Below, piece by piece: positions 1 through 9,631 of a stretch of DNA of 41,603 nt. The notes beneath the pieces are model-generated. The model made no database searches. It worked only from the letters and a program-made list of their open reading frames with translations, and was not told the DNA's origin. A program made the position numbers and the translations under genes. Within the stretch, counting starts at the first letter, position 1, and the number at the start of each line of letters is the position of its first letter. Origin of the DNA: Polyangiaceae bacterium (lineage in GTDB: Bacteria > Myxococcota_A > Polyangia > Polyangiales > Polyangiaceae); the NCBI GenBank assembly GCA_044222475.1, contig JBGANF010000064.1, forward strand, positions 1 to 41,603, in the 5' to 3' direction.

Positions 1-1
1 G

Positions 2-85
2 GACAAGTTCGTCGTCGGCTACGGCCTCGACTTCGGCGAGCGGTACCGCAACCTCCCGTTCATCGGCGTGGTCGAGCGGAACTGA
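2..85 (+). CDS. hpt: Hypoxanthine phosphoribosyltransferase, 3' end only (truncated by window edge)
   Basis: Frame 2 reads DKFVVGYGLDFGERYRNLPFIGVVERN*; FVVGYGLD..YRNLP is the conserved Hpt C-terminus. Not in the ORF track. Confidence 0.9.
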   Translation, partial: DKFVVGYGLDFGERYRNLPFIGVVERN

Positions 86-87
86 CC

Positions 88-399
88 GTGAACAAGCGCC
101 TCGCGTACCTCGAGAAGATCACGAGCGAGGGGTCGAAGGACCCCTTCGCGTGGTACGGCCTCGCGCTCGAGTATCGAAACCTCGATCGAGCGGAGGACGC
201 GCTGCGCACGTTCGAGACCTTGCGCGCGACGACGCCGGACTACGTCCCGATGTTTCTGATGTGCGGTCAGCTCCTCGAAAAGATGGGCCGCATCGACGAC
301 GCCAAGGCCTGGCTCCAAGCGGGGATCGTGGTGGCGAAGAAGAAGGGCGACTCGCACGCGCTCGGCGAGCTCGAAGGGGCGCTCGCGGCTCTCGTGTGA
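88..399 (+). CDS. Small tetratricopeptide-repeat protein
   Basis: DPFAWYGLALEY...PDYVPMFLMCGQLLEKMGRIDDAK helical TPR pattern; starts 2 nt after the hpt stop. Confidence 0.8.
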   Translation: MNKRLAYLEKITSEGSKDPFAWYGLALEYRNLDRAEDALRTFETLRATTPDYVPMFLMCGQLLEKMGRIDDAKAWLQAGIVVAKKKGDSHALGELEGALAALV

Positions 400-421
400 G
401 CACTCCCCTTCGAGAGGTTTG

Positions 422-461
422 TCCCTGGCGTCCCTGGCGTCCTGGCGTTCTTCTCCCAGGG
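422..461. repeat. Short tandem repeat (TCCCTGGCG x2 + TCCTGGCG) with possible CCCTGG/CCAGGG stem between convergent genes
   Basis: Read directly at 422-449; CCAGGG at 456-461 can pair with CCCTGG. Confidence 0.4.
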
Positions 462-470
462 CTTCGCGAG

Positions 471-1832
471 CTACTTGGGTTTTCGTCTTTCGCGTAGGAG
501 CGCGATGCGGGCTCCCATCCGCTGCTCGTCGCCGCGGTCGGTCGGCTCGTAATAGACGTCGTCCGCGATCTCGTCGGGCAGATAGGTCTCTCCCGGGACC
601 ACCCCGCCTTCGTGATCATGGGCATATTGGTAGCCCTTGCCGTAGCCGTCTTCCTTCATCAGCTTCGTGGGCGCATTGCGCAGCTTCTTCGGTACCGGCA
701 GCGCTCCCTTCGCTTGGATCACCTCGCGCGCGCGGTGCCAAGCCACGTTGACCGCGTTCGATTTCGGCGCGCAGGCAAGGTAGATCGCCGCGTGCGCGAG
801 CGGGTAGATCCCCTCGGGCATGCCGAGGCGCCGATACGCTTCGTCCGCTGCGGTCGCCACGAGCAGCGCCCGCGCGTCCGCGTTTCCGACGTCCTCGCTC
901 GCGAAGATGATCATGCGGCGCGCGAGGAACAGCGGGTCATCGCCCGCATCGAGCATGCGCATCAGCCAGTACACCGCAGCGTCGGGGTCGGAGCCGCGCA
1001 TCGACTTGATGAACGCGGAGACGACGTTGTAGTGCTCCTCGCCCTTCTTGTCGTAGAGGAGCGGCGCGTGCGCCGTCGCCGCGTCGAGGATCTCGGGCGT
1101 GATCTCGGGGTGACCGCCGTCGTGGGCCCAGTCGGCGACGAGCTCGAGCGTGGTGAGCGCGCGCCGCGCGTCGCCCCGCGCATCGTGGGCGATCGCCTGG
1201 AGGACCTCCGGCGTCGCGGTCGCCCGACCGGCGAGACCGCGCGGCGCCACGAGCGCTCGCTCCAGCAGCGAGACGATCGCCTTCTCGTCGAGCGCTTCGA
1301 GGCGAAACACCTTGCAGCGCGACAGGAGCGCGGCGTTCACCGCGAACGACGGGTTCTCGGTCGTCGCCCCGACGAGCACGAAGAGCCCCTTCTCCACGTG
1401 CGGAAGAAAGGCGTCTTGTTGCGACTTGTTGAACCGGTGAATCTCGTCGACGAACAGCACGGTCCGGGAGTCGGTCGAGCCGCCGAACCTGCGTCGTTCC
1501 TCCGCCGCGGCGACGATCTCGCGAAGCTCCTGAACGCTCCCGAGTACGGCACTGAACGGGACGAATTTCGCTTTTGTGTAGCTGGCGATGATCCGAGCGA
1601 GCGTCGTCTTCCCCGATCCCGGCGGTCCCCACAGGATCATCGACGGAACGCGGTCCTTCGCGAGCGCCGCCGAGAGAAAGCGACCCTCGGCCATCAAATG
1701 CCCCTGCCCCACGTAATCCTCGAAGCGCGTCGGCCTCATCCGCTCGGCGAGCGGCGCAGCGGCGTCGTCGGCGGCGCGCTCGAAGAGCGTGTCCGCGCTG
1801 GTGGTCGAACGAGGCGTACGGGCGCGAGACAC
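471..1832 (-). CDS. rarA: Replication-associated recombination protein A (MgsA/RarA AAA+ ATPase)
   Basis: PLAERMRP, Walker A GPPGSGKTT, Walker B FVDEIHRFNKSQQD, ATTENPSF, SAFIKSMRGSDPDA, ASEDVGNAD. Start set at GTG 1832 (approximate). Confidence 0.95.
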   Translation of the reverse strand: MSRARTPRSTTSADTLFERAADDAAAPLAERMRPTRFEDYVGQGHLMAEGRFLSAALAKDRVPSMILWGPPGSGKTTLARIIASYTKAKFVPFSAVLGSVQELREIVAAAEERRRFGGSTDSRTVLFVDEIHRFNKSQQDAFLPHVEKGLFVLVGATTENPSFAVNAALLSRCKVFRLEALDEKAIVSLLERALVAPRGLAGRATATPEVLQAIAHDARGDARRALTTLELVADWAHDGGHPEITPEILDAATAHAPLLYDKKGEEHYNVVSAFIKSMRGSDPDAAVYWLMRMLDAGDDPLFLARRMIIFASEDVGNADARALLVATAADEAYRRLGMPEGIYPLAHAAIYLACAPKSNAVNVAWHRAREVIQAKGALPVPKKLRNAPTKLMKEDGYGKGYQYAHDHEGGVVPGETYLPDEIADDVYYEPTDRGDEQRMGARIALLRERRKPK

Positions 1833-1873
1833 GGCGCCGCTGACTATAGCGCGCCCTTGCGCGCGGTGGCGCC

Positions 1874-2782
1874 GTGCTAGAGTCCGGCGTTCTCGTGCGC
1901 GCTTGGCCTGCACTTCTGATCGCCGTTGGAAGCGTCGTCGTCGCGTGCGCCGGCGGCTCGGACAAGCCGCCGGTTCCGCCCACCGCGCGCGGCACCAGCA
2001 TCGAGATCGCCAACTTCGAGATCCACGCCGACGGCGTCGACCGGTTCGCTTCGTGTCCGCCCAACGGCGAGCTCGGCCAGGATTGGATCCCGCCGATCCC
2101 GCCGTGGACCCCACCGCCGACCGACGCGGACGCTGGGGTACCGGCGCCGCCTTCGTCGATCGTCCCTTCGGGGAGCCACTGGTCCCAAACGGAGAAGGCC
2201 ATCGAGGACACGCGGCTCCAGTTTCGCAACTGCTATCACCGCGGGCTCGTCCGCGATCCGAGCCAGGACGGCCACGTGGCGATCGTCCTGAGAGTGGCCG
2301 CGGACGGCACCGTCAAGAAGGTCGAGTCTTGGGGAGCGTGCGACCTCCAGCGCGAGGTGCTTCAGTGCATGCGCGACGTCGCTGGTCGCCTCCGCTTCGC
2401 ACCCCCGGCGAGTGGGGCGGACACGATCGTGATGCCGGCCGTCTTCCAACCGCGCACCGGAAGCTCGACGACCAGCTCCGAGAACGACGCGTACACCGCG
2501 GCGGCGTACGTCGCTCTCGAGTCGCTGCGCCCGGATCTGCACGCGTGCGAGGAAGCGGCGCGGCGCGGTGGAGGTGACGTCGAAGCGTGGGGCGTCTTCA
2601 AGATGCCGATCGACAAGAGCGGACAAGTCACCGATGCAGCCGTCGACCCGTGGGGCGGCAATCAAGACACGCTTCAGTGCGCGGCGAAGGTCCTTCAGAC
2701 GTTGCACTTGCCACCGCCGACCGGTGGCCGCGGGGAGGTGCTCCTCCGCCTCGACTTCAACCCGCGCGGCTCGCTTCACTGA
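1874..2782 (+). CDS. Putative lipoprotein with two AgmX/PglI (TonB-C-like) C-terminal domains
   Basis: Lipobox-like VVVAC, Pro-rich linker, FRNCYHRGLVRDPSQDGHVAIVLRVAADGTV...C...LRFAPP pattern occurring twice; start may be GTG 1895. Confidence 0.65.
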   Translation: MLESGVLVRAWPALLIAVGSVVVACAGGSDKPPVPPTARGTSIEIANFEIHADGVDRFASCPPNGELGQDWIPPIPPWTPPPTDADAGVPAPPSSIVPSGSHWSQTEKAIEDTRLQFRNCYHRGLVRDPSQDGHVAIVLRVAADGTVKKVESWGACDLQREVLQCMRDVAGRLRFAPPASGADTIVMPAVFQPRTGSSTTSSENDAYTAAAYVALESLRPDLHACEEAARRGGGDVEAWGVFKMPIDKSGQVTDAAVDPWGGNQDTLQCAAKVLQTLHLPPPTGGRGEVLLRLDFNPRGSLH

Positions 2783-4173
2783 TGACCGATCCGAGGAGCC
2801 CGCGGGCGGTCGTCCTCCCGTTCGGAGTATCGGAGGATGGTCGCGGGCTCGGCGTCGGCGCCGCTGCGCTCGTGCACGCATTCTTCCGCGTCGGCGGCCA
2901 GGAGGTCGCGTTCGTGCAGGTGCTCGCGCGACCGAAGGATCGCGACGACGAGCCGCAGGCCGTCGAGGCGCTGGTGCCGGCTCAAGCGTGGAGAGACATG
3001 CCGGGCGCCGAAGACACGCCGGAGAGCGTCACGACCGTGATCACCGGCGCCATCGCGGCACCCGACGAAGGTCGCGGTGCGTTGAATCTGCTCGCGTTCG
3101 ACCGACGCACGCTCGACGTACGCTTCCGCACCGACGCACCGTTCGACGGCGAAGACGCCGGCAAGGTCGTCGTGCGCGCGCTGCGGGAGCTCGCCGAGGC
3201 GATCGCCGGTGACGTGACCGCGCTGGCCGATCTCGAGCTCGCGACGTGGGATGCCCTCGTCTCGATCCTCCAAGCAGAGCGCTGCTGCCTCGTCGATCCG
3301 AAACACGGCGACGCGCGCGATCGCACCGCTGCCATCGTGCATCTCGCCCGCGCGATCGCCGATGCGCCGCTGTGTCGCTATCCAGCGGGAAGACTCGCCG
3401 CCCTCGCGCTCGACACCGCCGTTCGACCGGGGGTCGACAAGCGACTCGTGGAGACCGCGCTCCGGATGCTCTCGGGGACGATCGAGGACGCGCCGAATCA
3501 CCCCGAGCTGCTCGAAGCGACGAGCGTGCTCCACCTTCGGGCGGGCGACGCGGCCAACGCGGAGCTCTTCGCATCACGCGCGCTCGGCCTCGCGCCCGAG
3601 CGCGGACGACTTCACGCCCTCGTGTCGGAGGCACGCCGGATGGTCGGCAACGTCTCCGGCGCCGCCGATGCGGTCGCGCGTGGCAAGACGCACGCGCCGG
3701 ACGACTACGTGCTCCTCACCGAAGAGGGTGCGGTGCTCGCGGTCCGCGGCGACGCGGCCGCGGCGCGCGCTGCGTGGGAGCGGGCGCTCGGGCTCGCACC
3801 GGGATTTCCGCCGGCGTTCACGAACCTTGCGCTGCTCGCAGGGCGCGAGGGTGACTCGGTGCTCGCCGGTCGCTTGATCGATCACGCGCTCGCGTTGCGC
3901 CAGGCACCGCTCGATTGCCTGCGACACGCGATCCAGCTCGCCGTCGCCGCCGAAGCTCCGGGGCTCGCGCGATCGGCGCGAGTCGCCTCCCTGTGTCGCG
4001 CGTTCTTGGCTCAGGCGCCGGAAGCCGAGCAGGCCTTGCGTCTCCTGGCGACGTCACTGCACGAGCTCGGAGAGCGCGAAGAGGCTAGAGCGATCGAAGC
4101 GAGGCTCGCGTCGCGCGAGCCCAAGGTCGTGCCGAGAGCGAGCTTCTTCGAACGCCTCTTCGGCCGCCGCTAG
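2782..4173 (+). CDS. TPR-repeat protein
   Basis: ATG overlaps the upstream stop (TGATG); Ala-rich TPR helices, e.g. AWERALGLAPGFPPAFTNLALL. Confidence 0.7.
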   Translation: MTDPRSPRAVVLPFGVSEDGRGLGVGAAALVHAFFRVGGQEVAFVQVLARPKDRDDEPQAVEALVPAQAWRDMPGAEDTPESVTTVITGAIAAPDEGRGALNLLAFDRRTLDVRFRTDAPFDGEDAGKVVVRALRELAEAIAGDVTALADLELATWDALVSILQAERCCLVDPKHGDARDRTAAIVHLARAIADAPLCRYPAGRLAALALDTAVRPGVDKRLVETALRMLSGTIEDAPNHPELLEATSVLHLRAGDAANAELFASRALGLAPERGRLHALVSEARRMVGNVSGAADAVARGKTHAPDDYVLLTEEGAVLAVRGDAAAARAAWERALGLAPGFPPAFTNLALLAGREGDSVLAGRLIDHALALRQAPLDCLRHAIQLAVAAEAPGLARSARVASLCRAFLAQAPEAEQALRLLATSLHELGEREEARAIEARLASREPKVVPRASFFERLFGRR

Positions 4174-4847
4174 GACCGCTCGCCGAAGATCGCGGTTCCG
4201 ACTCGCACCATGGTCGCGCCCTCGGCGATCGCGACCTCCAGGTCGCCGGTCATCCCCATCGAGAGCTCGGGCAGGCGCGCGACGCCGCCGTGCAGGTCGC
4301 GCAGCGACCGAAGCGTGGAGAACGCGCTCTTCGCCAGCGCGAGGTCGCCCAGCTCCGGCATGGTCATCAAGCCACGGAGCTTCAACGCGGGCTCGGCCTC
4401 GATGGCGCGCAACAGCTCTTCGAGCTCCTCGGATACGACGCCGTGCTTCGTCGGCTCGCGGCTGAGCTTCACCTCGACCAGCGCCTGCAGCGTCCGCCCG
4501 AACGTCGTCGCGCGCTTCGACAGCTCGCGCGCGAGGGACGCGTGATCGATCGCGTGCACTACGTGCGCCGTCCGGGCGACGAGCTTCGCCTTGTTGCTCT
4601 GGAGGTGGCCGATGAAATGCCACTCGAGGTCCTTCAGGTCGGCGAGCGCAGTCGCCTTCTTGTCGAGCTCTTGCGCGTAGCTCTCGCCGAAGGCGCGTTG
4701 ACCCTGGGCGTAGGCCTCTCGAATGAGCGCCTCGCTCTTGGTCTTCGACACGGCGACGAGACGAATCGAGCTCGCGTCGCGACCGGACGCCACCGCCGCG
4801 CGCTCGATCCGCGCGCGCACCTCGGCGAGGCGCTCCGCGACGCTCAC
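4170..4847 (-). CDS. yggS: PLP homeostasis protein YggS/PLPBP
   Basis: LVAVSKTK, FGESYAQE, WHFIGHLQSNK, LRGLMTMP, LSMGMTGD, GATMVRVGTAIFG; GTG overlaps the upstream stop (GTGA). Confidence 0.95.
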   Translation of the reverse strand: MSVAERLAEVRARIERAAVASGRDASSIRLVAVSKTKSEALIREAYAQGQRAFGESYAQELDKKATALADLKDLEWHFIGHLQSNKAKLVARTAHVVHAIDHASLARELSKRATTFGRTLQALVEVKLSREPTKHGVVSEELEELLRAIEAEPALKLRGLMTMPELGDLALAKSAFSTLRSLRDLHGGVARLPELSMGMTGDLEVAIAEGATMVRVGTAIFGERS

Positions 4848-5650
4848 CGCCCCCGCCTCCGCGCGAACGACACCATGACGTCGCTCGTCGGCTTCAGTGG
4901 ACCGCCGTGGAAGTCGCCGTCGATGCGAACGACCTCGAAGCCGTTGTAGTGGAGGAGGGCTTCCCACTCGCGGGGGTAGAACTGGCGGTGGGCAAGCGGC
5001 GTCGCGAACGCGTCGCCGCCTTCGAGCGGCTCGAAGTCCATCGCGACGAAGAGGATCTGGCGCACCGGATCGTAGTCGAAGCGCTCGGTGTACCGGACGA
5101 GCCCGGCGGTCGGGTGACGGAACCGCGGCGTGCGGAAGGTCTGCGCCGGATCGCGCGCGAGATCGGACGCGATGGGCACCGACAGATCCGCGACGAACGT
5201 GCCACCCGGTGCGAGGTGCGCCTTCACCCGCGCGAAGAACGATTCGACGTCGGCTCGCTCGTAGAGGTGCAAGCACACGTTGAACGGCGCGATGACGAGG
5301 GGGAACTTCTTGCCGAGCGCGACCTTGCGCATGTCGCCGCGGCGCGCGCGGATGCGCTTTCGGACCTCCCCCGGCTCGCGAAGAAGGCGCGCCTTGAGGT
5401 CGTCGAGCATCGGCTTCGAGTGGTCGACCCCTTGGACGACGACACCGTGGCGCGCGAGCGGCACCGCGATGCGCCCGTTGCCGATGCCGTACTCGAGGAC
5501 GGGCCCGCGCGGGGCGAGCGTCGTCGCGAGCGTGACGTAGAACGCGACGTCCTCGACGCGGTCCGCGTACGTCAGCGTGTAGTACGCCGCATCGTCGAAA
5601 TGGGCGCGGGATCCCGCGTCGAGCTCACGGTCGCGCTTCGCCGCGGCCAT
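4844..5650 (-). CDS. Class I SAM-dependent methyltransferase
   Basis: VLEYGIGNGRI motif I, GVDHSKPML, GDMR, HLAPGGTFV. Confidence 0.85.
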   Translation of the reverse strand: MAAAKRDRELDAGSRAHFDDAAYYTLTYADRVEDVAFYVTLATTLAPRGPVLEYGIGNGRIAVPLARHGVVVQGVDHSKPMLDDLKARLLREPGEVRKRIRARRGDMRKVALGKKFPLVIAPFNVCLHLYERADVESFFARVKAHLAPGGTFVADLSVPIASDLARDPAQTFRTPRFRHPTAGLVRYTERFDYDPVRQILFVAMDFEPLEGGDAFATPLAHRQFYPREWEALLHYNGFEVVRIDGDFHGGPLKPTSDVMVSFARRRGR

Positions 5651-5663
5651 GTGGCGGTGGCGC

Positions 5664-5909
5664 TCAGACGCCGCCGTTGACCTTGATTTGGTGCGCGATC
5701 CACTCTTCGACGACCTCGTTGGTCTGGCGATCGAAGTGGACCTTCCCGGCCGCGATTTCGCGGAGGGCGGTGACGGCGGGCTTGTTCTTCGAAGCGACGA
5801 GCGCCTGCGAGCCCTTGATCAGCTGGCGCGTGCGGTGCGCCGCCAAGATCACAAGGGCAAAACGGTTCTCTTCGCGCTCGAGGCAGTCTTCGACGGTGAC
5901 ACGGGCCAT
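5664..5909 (-). CDS. rpoZ: RNA polymerase omega subunit
   Basis: [10 protein letters not shown]...[16 protein letters not shown]...[11 protein letters not shown]. Confidence 0.96.
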   Translation of the reverse strand: MARVTVEDCLEREENRFALVILAAHRTRQLIKGSQALVASKNKPAVTALREIAAGKVHFDRQTNEVVEEWIAHQIKVNGGV

Positions 5910-6037
5910 GGGGGTCGCGAACCTTAGTCCCGCAGCCCACCCTGTGCAAGCCCCGGTAGTAACCCGGGGCAAAATGGCACGAATTCCTCACGCTTTCGAC
6001 ATTGGCGGGCCTCTCCCAGCCTGTGTAGATTCCACGA

Positions 6038-6580
6038 ATGGCCGGGCGCTACGGAGCGGACCGCATCCCGTGGGGAAGCGCAGAGCGGATCGTGGAGGCG
6101 TTCGATCGTGCCTTCCTCGAGGAGTCGATCACGCCCCTCGAGGCGGTCTTGCGGAAGGAGCAGCTGGAGCGGCTGAAGTTCGTACGCGAGAGGCAGTATC
6201 GATTCTTCGGGAAGCGCGTTCGGCGTCTTCCGCAAGCCAGCGTTCAGCTCGCGCTGGCCCTCGAGCGCGAGCGCATCGAGTTCGTCGACATCGACTCCGC
6301 ACCGATGACGCTCGCGTCGACGTTGCGCGGCGATCCGTCGCACGCGAATGCGCGCACTGCGATCCTCGAGCTCTTCGCCAACGACCACGGGCTCCCGGCG
6401 TGGATGGCCGGTGACGAAGGGCCGAGCTTGCTGTCACCGAAAGAGGTGAAGCGCCTGCTCGAGACGCTCGAGTCGGTGAAGGACCAGTGGGGCGCGGCGC
6501 AGGCGATCCAACCGCTCACTCAGCTTTGCGCGATGGCGCGAAGGTGCACCCCGGACGACGGGATCCTGATTCAGGGGTGA
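6038..6580 (+). CDS. Hypothetical protein (180 aa)
   Basis: Clean ORF filling the gap, natural composition, TAGATT box 6 nt upstream of the ATG. Confidence 0.65.
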   Translation: MAGRYGADRIPWGSAERIVEAFDRAFLEESITPLEAVLRKEQLERLKFVRERQYRFFGKRVRRLPQASVQLALALERERIEFVDIDSAPMTLASTLRGDPSHANARTAILELFANDHGLPAWMAGDEGPSLLSPKEVKRLLETLESVKDQWGAAQAIQPLTQLCAMARRCTPDDGILIQG

Positions 6581-6587
6581 GGGTCGT

Positions 6588-7295
6588 TCAGACGACCGCG
6601 TCCAAGCGCGTCGATCCGGTCGTCGCGATGCGCGCGCCGTCGCGACCGTAGACTCGAGAGCTCCCTTGCCCGGACGCCACGACGTCGCCGGCTGCCCAGT
6701 TGGCGTTGGCGATCGTGACGCCAAACCGCCTCGCGATGGGCGAGAGCAGCGACTCGCGCAGATCGTCTCCGGGATCTTCCACCCACGCGCTGGGAAACAG
6801 GAGCAGATCTGCGACGGACAGCTCGGCGGCAGCTTCTTCGGCGAGCGTGTGGACGTCGAAGCAGATCGCGATCGTCACTTTCCGGCCCTCGATCGAGAAC
6901 ACCGGGGGCGCGGTGGCTCCGGGCGTCGCCCACTCCTCGGGATACCAAGGGTGTCGCTTGCGATAGGTCGCGACGATGGCGCCCTCGCGATCGAAGACGA
7001 GAAACGCGTTGTAGAGCGTGCGCCCTTCGCGCTCGATCAGAGGCGCGGCGAGGTGCACGCGGTGGCGCTTCGCGATCGCGGCGAGCGCCGTCTCGGTCGC
7101 GCCACCGCGCTCTTCGGCGAGCGGGCCCAAGTCGAAGTCGCCTTCGGGCGAGACGTAGCCGGTGATCGCAGCCTCCGGCAGAAGGACGAGGTCGGCCGGG
7201 CCCTTCGCGACCAGCGCGTCCACCTCGGAGAGGACGCGCTCTTTCTGCCCGAAGCGCGCCGGAAGCTCTAGGAGCGCCAGCGCGAGCGGCTTCAA
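6588..7295 (-). CDS. Carbon-nitrogen hydrolase (nitrilase superfamily)
   Basis: Glu-Lys-Cys triad motifs LLPEAA, YRKRH, AICFD; probable TTG start overlapping the hflX stop. Confidence 0.88.
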   Translation of the reverse strand: MKPLALALLELPARFGQKERVLSEVDALVAKGPADLVLLPEAAITGYVSPEGDFDLGPLAEERGGATETALAAIAKRHRVHLAAPLIEREGRTLYNAFLVFDREGAIVATYRKRHPWYPEEWATPGATAPPVFSIEGRKVTIAICFDVHTLAEEAAAELSVADLLLFPSAWVEDPGDDLRESLLSPIARRFGVTIANANWAAGDVVASGQGSSRVYGRDGARIATTGSTRLDAVV

Positions 7296-8632
7296 GGAGC
7301 GACCTCGGCGCGGAGCTTCGCGTGCGTCGCCTCGGTCGCACGCAGGCGAACGTGAACGCCGTCTTCCTCGTAGCGCTCTTCGACGACGCGCCCCTCCTCG
7401 TGCATCTCGGACACGATGCGCTGCTTCGCGTATGGGACGACGTGCTCCTCTTCGATCCACTGGCTGGCGAACAGCTCTTCGATCGAATCGCGAAGGCGGC
7501 GCACGTCGGCGGGGTCGTGCGCCGAGACGAGCCATGCGTCGGGGAACCGGATCGCGAGCGACTTCTTCGCGGCGTCGCTGAGGCGATCGATCTTGTTGAA
7601 GACGAGCGTCGACGGCACGGTGTTCGCGCCGATCTCGGCGAGGACCTCGCGGGTGACCTCGAGCTGGGCCGGCCAACTCGGGTCGGCCGCGTCGACGACG
7701 TGCAGGAGGTGCGACGCCTCGTGCGCTTCGTCGAGGGTCGACTTGAAGCTGGCCACGAGGTCGTGCGGGAGCTTCTTGATGAAGCCGACGGTGTCGCTCA
7801 CCAGGATGCGCGGCTTCGCCTCTGGCTGGAGCGCCCTCACGGTCGTGTCGAGCGTCGCGAACAGCTTGTCCTCGACGTAGACGTGGCTCCCGGTGAGACC
7901 GCGCATGAGCGAGGATTTCCCGGCGTTCGTGTACCCGACGAGAGCGACCCGGCGCGCGTCCTTGCGGTGCGCGCGGCGCACGCCTTGATCGGCTTGAATG
8001 CGCTCGAGCTCTTCCTTGAGCTCCGCGATGCGATCGCGCACTTTGCGTCGATCGAGCTCGAGCGCCGCTTCGCCGGACCCGCGCCCGTGCTGGCGTTCTT
8101 TGCTGCCCGACGACTCGCGCATGCGCGGCGCCGTGTAGTGGAGGCGCGCGATCTCGACCTGGAGGCGAGCTTCCCGGCTCTTCGCATGGCGGTGGAAGAT
8201 CTCGATGATGACGCCGGTGCGGTCCAGCACCTGCGAGCCGGTGGCGCGCTCGAGGTTGCGCGCTTGGCTCGGCGAGATGTCGTGATCGACGGCGACGAGC
8301 GCCACCTTCGGCTCGCTGGCTGCGTTCACGTCGCGCGTCGACTCTTCTTCGCCCTGACGCTTCAGCCGCGCCTTGTCCTTGCGCTTCGGGGCGGTCGTGC
8401 CGACGTGACCGGTGCCGCCCGTGATCTCGGCGAGCTCGAGGAGCTTGCCCTCGCCGATCACAGCGGCGGCGGCGAGGTGATCACGCGACTGGGTGATCGT
8501 CGCGATCGTGTCGTACCCGAGCGTCGCGACGAGGCGGCCGAGCTCGGCGATGCTCGCCTGGTGCTCCTCGTCGTCGACGTCGTGGAGCTTCACCGCGACG
8601 AGGACGGCTTTCGGGCGCGCGGGGGACTCCAT
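7292..8632 (-). CDS. hflX: Ribosome-splitting GTPase HflX
   Basis: SPSQARNLE, DRTGVIIEIF, GYTNAGKSS, LFATLD, SDTVGFI, NKID. Confidence 0.95.
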   Translation of the reverse strand: MESPARPKAVLVAVKLHDVDDEEHQASIAELGRLVATLGYDTIATITQSRDHLAAAAVIGEGKLLELAEITGGTGHVGTTAPKRKDKARLKRQGEEESTRDVNAASEPKVALVAVDHDISPSQARNLERATGSQVLDRTGVIIEIFHRHAKSREARLQVEIARLHYTAPRMRESSGSKERQHGRGSGEAALELDRRKVRDRIAELKEELERIQADQGVRRAHRKDARRVALVGYTNAGKSSLMRGLTGSHVYVEDKLFATLDTTVRALQPEAKPRILVSDTVGFIKKLPHDLVASFKSTLDEAHEASHLLHVVDAADPSWPAQLEVTREVLAEIGANTVPSTLVFNKIDRLSDAAKKSLAIRFPDAWLVSAHDPADVRRLRDSIEELFASQWIEEEHVVPYAKQRIVSEMHEEGRVVEERYEEDGVHVRLRATEATHAKLRAEVAP

Positions 8633-8647
8633 GAGCGCGACGCTATA

Positions 8648-9604
8648 TCACCCGACGTGCATCGCCGCGCGCTCTTCGAAAGCACTCGACGCAGAAGGCG
8701 CGGCGAAAGCCCCCCATGCGTCCAGGACGTCTCGCTTCGCCAGGCGAGCCAGTGTCCCAGGCGAAGGCCAGGATGCCTTCGCGAACGCGTGGCACAGCGC
8801 CGTGGGCGAGCGGAACCCGGTGAGGCGCGCGACGAGCTCGGTGGTCGCCCCCGGAGCCGACATGAGACGCGACGCAGTGAGGAGCCGGGTATGATGCAGG
8901 AGTGCGCGCCAATGGTGAAACGGCATGCCGTGGGCGCGCGCGAGCGCTGCGAACCGGCGGTTCACGTGGCGGGTGGTCCACCCGAGCGCATCGGTCAAGT
9001 CGTCGATCGATGGGTGACTCGTGAGCTGCGAGAGTTGGCGTGCGACCTCCGCCGACAATCGTCGGTCTGCCTCGCTCGTGCGATCCGCGAGGTCGCCTTC
9101 GGCAACGCTCACGAAAGGCAGCCCGTACGCACGCAGCCGGTCGAGCAGAGCCACCGCGAACGGTGCGGGGCTCGGACCGGAGAGCCTTCTTGCGAGCGAG
9201 CGAAGGACGCCCCGCTCTCGCAGCCCTAGGCGAACTTGTCGAAAGCGGCCCCGAACGGGCGCGCCGAAGACCCGCGGGTCCCACTCGAGGACGAGGATCT
9301 CGCTCGACGTCCCGGTGTAGGCCTCCGTTCCCCGAGCGCGTTGATCACTGACGAGGAGATCTCCTGCCTTCGTGAATGCGCGCCTGCCGAGCTCGTCGAA
9401 CCGGCCTTCGCCTTCGATGACGAGGGTGAGGCACGACCTCGTGGAGTTCCCGCTGAACGGTGTCGCGCGCTCGAGGAGCCCGTAGTCGCTCGTGACGTTC
9501 TTCATCACCATGCGCGCGATGCGCAGGTTCGGCGATCGCAGCTCCACGCCCCAGTAGTGCGCGTCGACCTCGGGAGCAAAGTAGCTTCGCTCTTCGCGGA
9601 ACAC
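8648..9604 (-). CDS. AraC-family transcriptional regulator
   Basis: N-terminal cupin-like LVIEGEGRF; C-terminal double HTH (SIDDLTDALGWTTRHVNRRF; TELVARLTGFRSPTALCHAF). Confidence 0.8.
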   Translation of the reverse strand: MFREERSYFAPEVDAHYWGVELRSPNLRIARMVMKNVTSDYGLLERATPFSGNSTRSCLTLVIEGEGRFDELGRRAFTKAGDLLVSDQRARGTEAYTGTSSEILVLEWDPRVFGAPVRGRFRQVRLGLRERGVLRSLARRLSGPSPAPFAVALLDRLRAYGLPFVSVAEGDLADRTSEADRRLSAEVARQLSQLTSHPSIDDLTDALGWTTRHVNRRFAALARAHGMPFHHWRALLHHTRLLTASRLMSAPGATTELVARLTGFRSPTALCHAFAKASWPSPGTLARLAKRDVLDAWGAFAAPSASSAFEERAAMHVG

Positions 9605-9631
9605 TCACCCGAGAATAGCGCTTGTCAGGGC

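Noticed and set aside
1833..2114. Long N-terminal extensions given by the ORF track (rarA here; likewise yggS, C-N hydrolase, GH5, RR1, Omp85 no. 2, VOC)
   Set aside because: They overlap neighbouring real genes; downstream starts match conserved N-termini, stop/start overlaps or promoter positions
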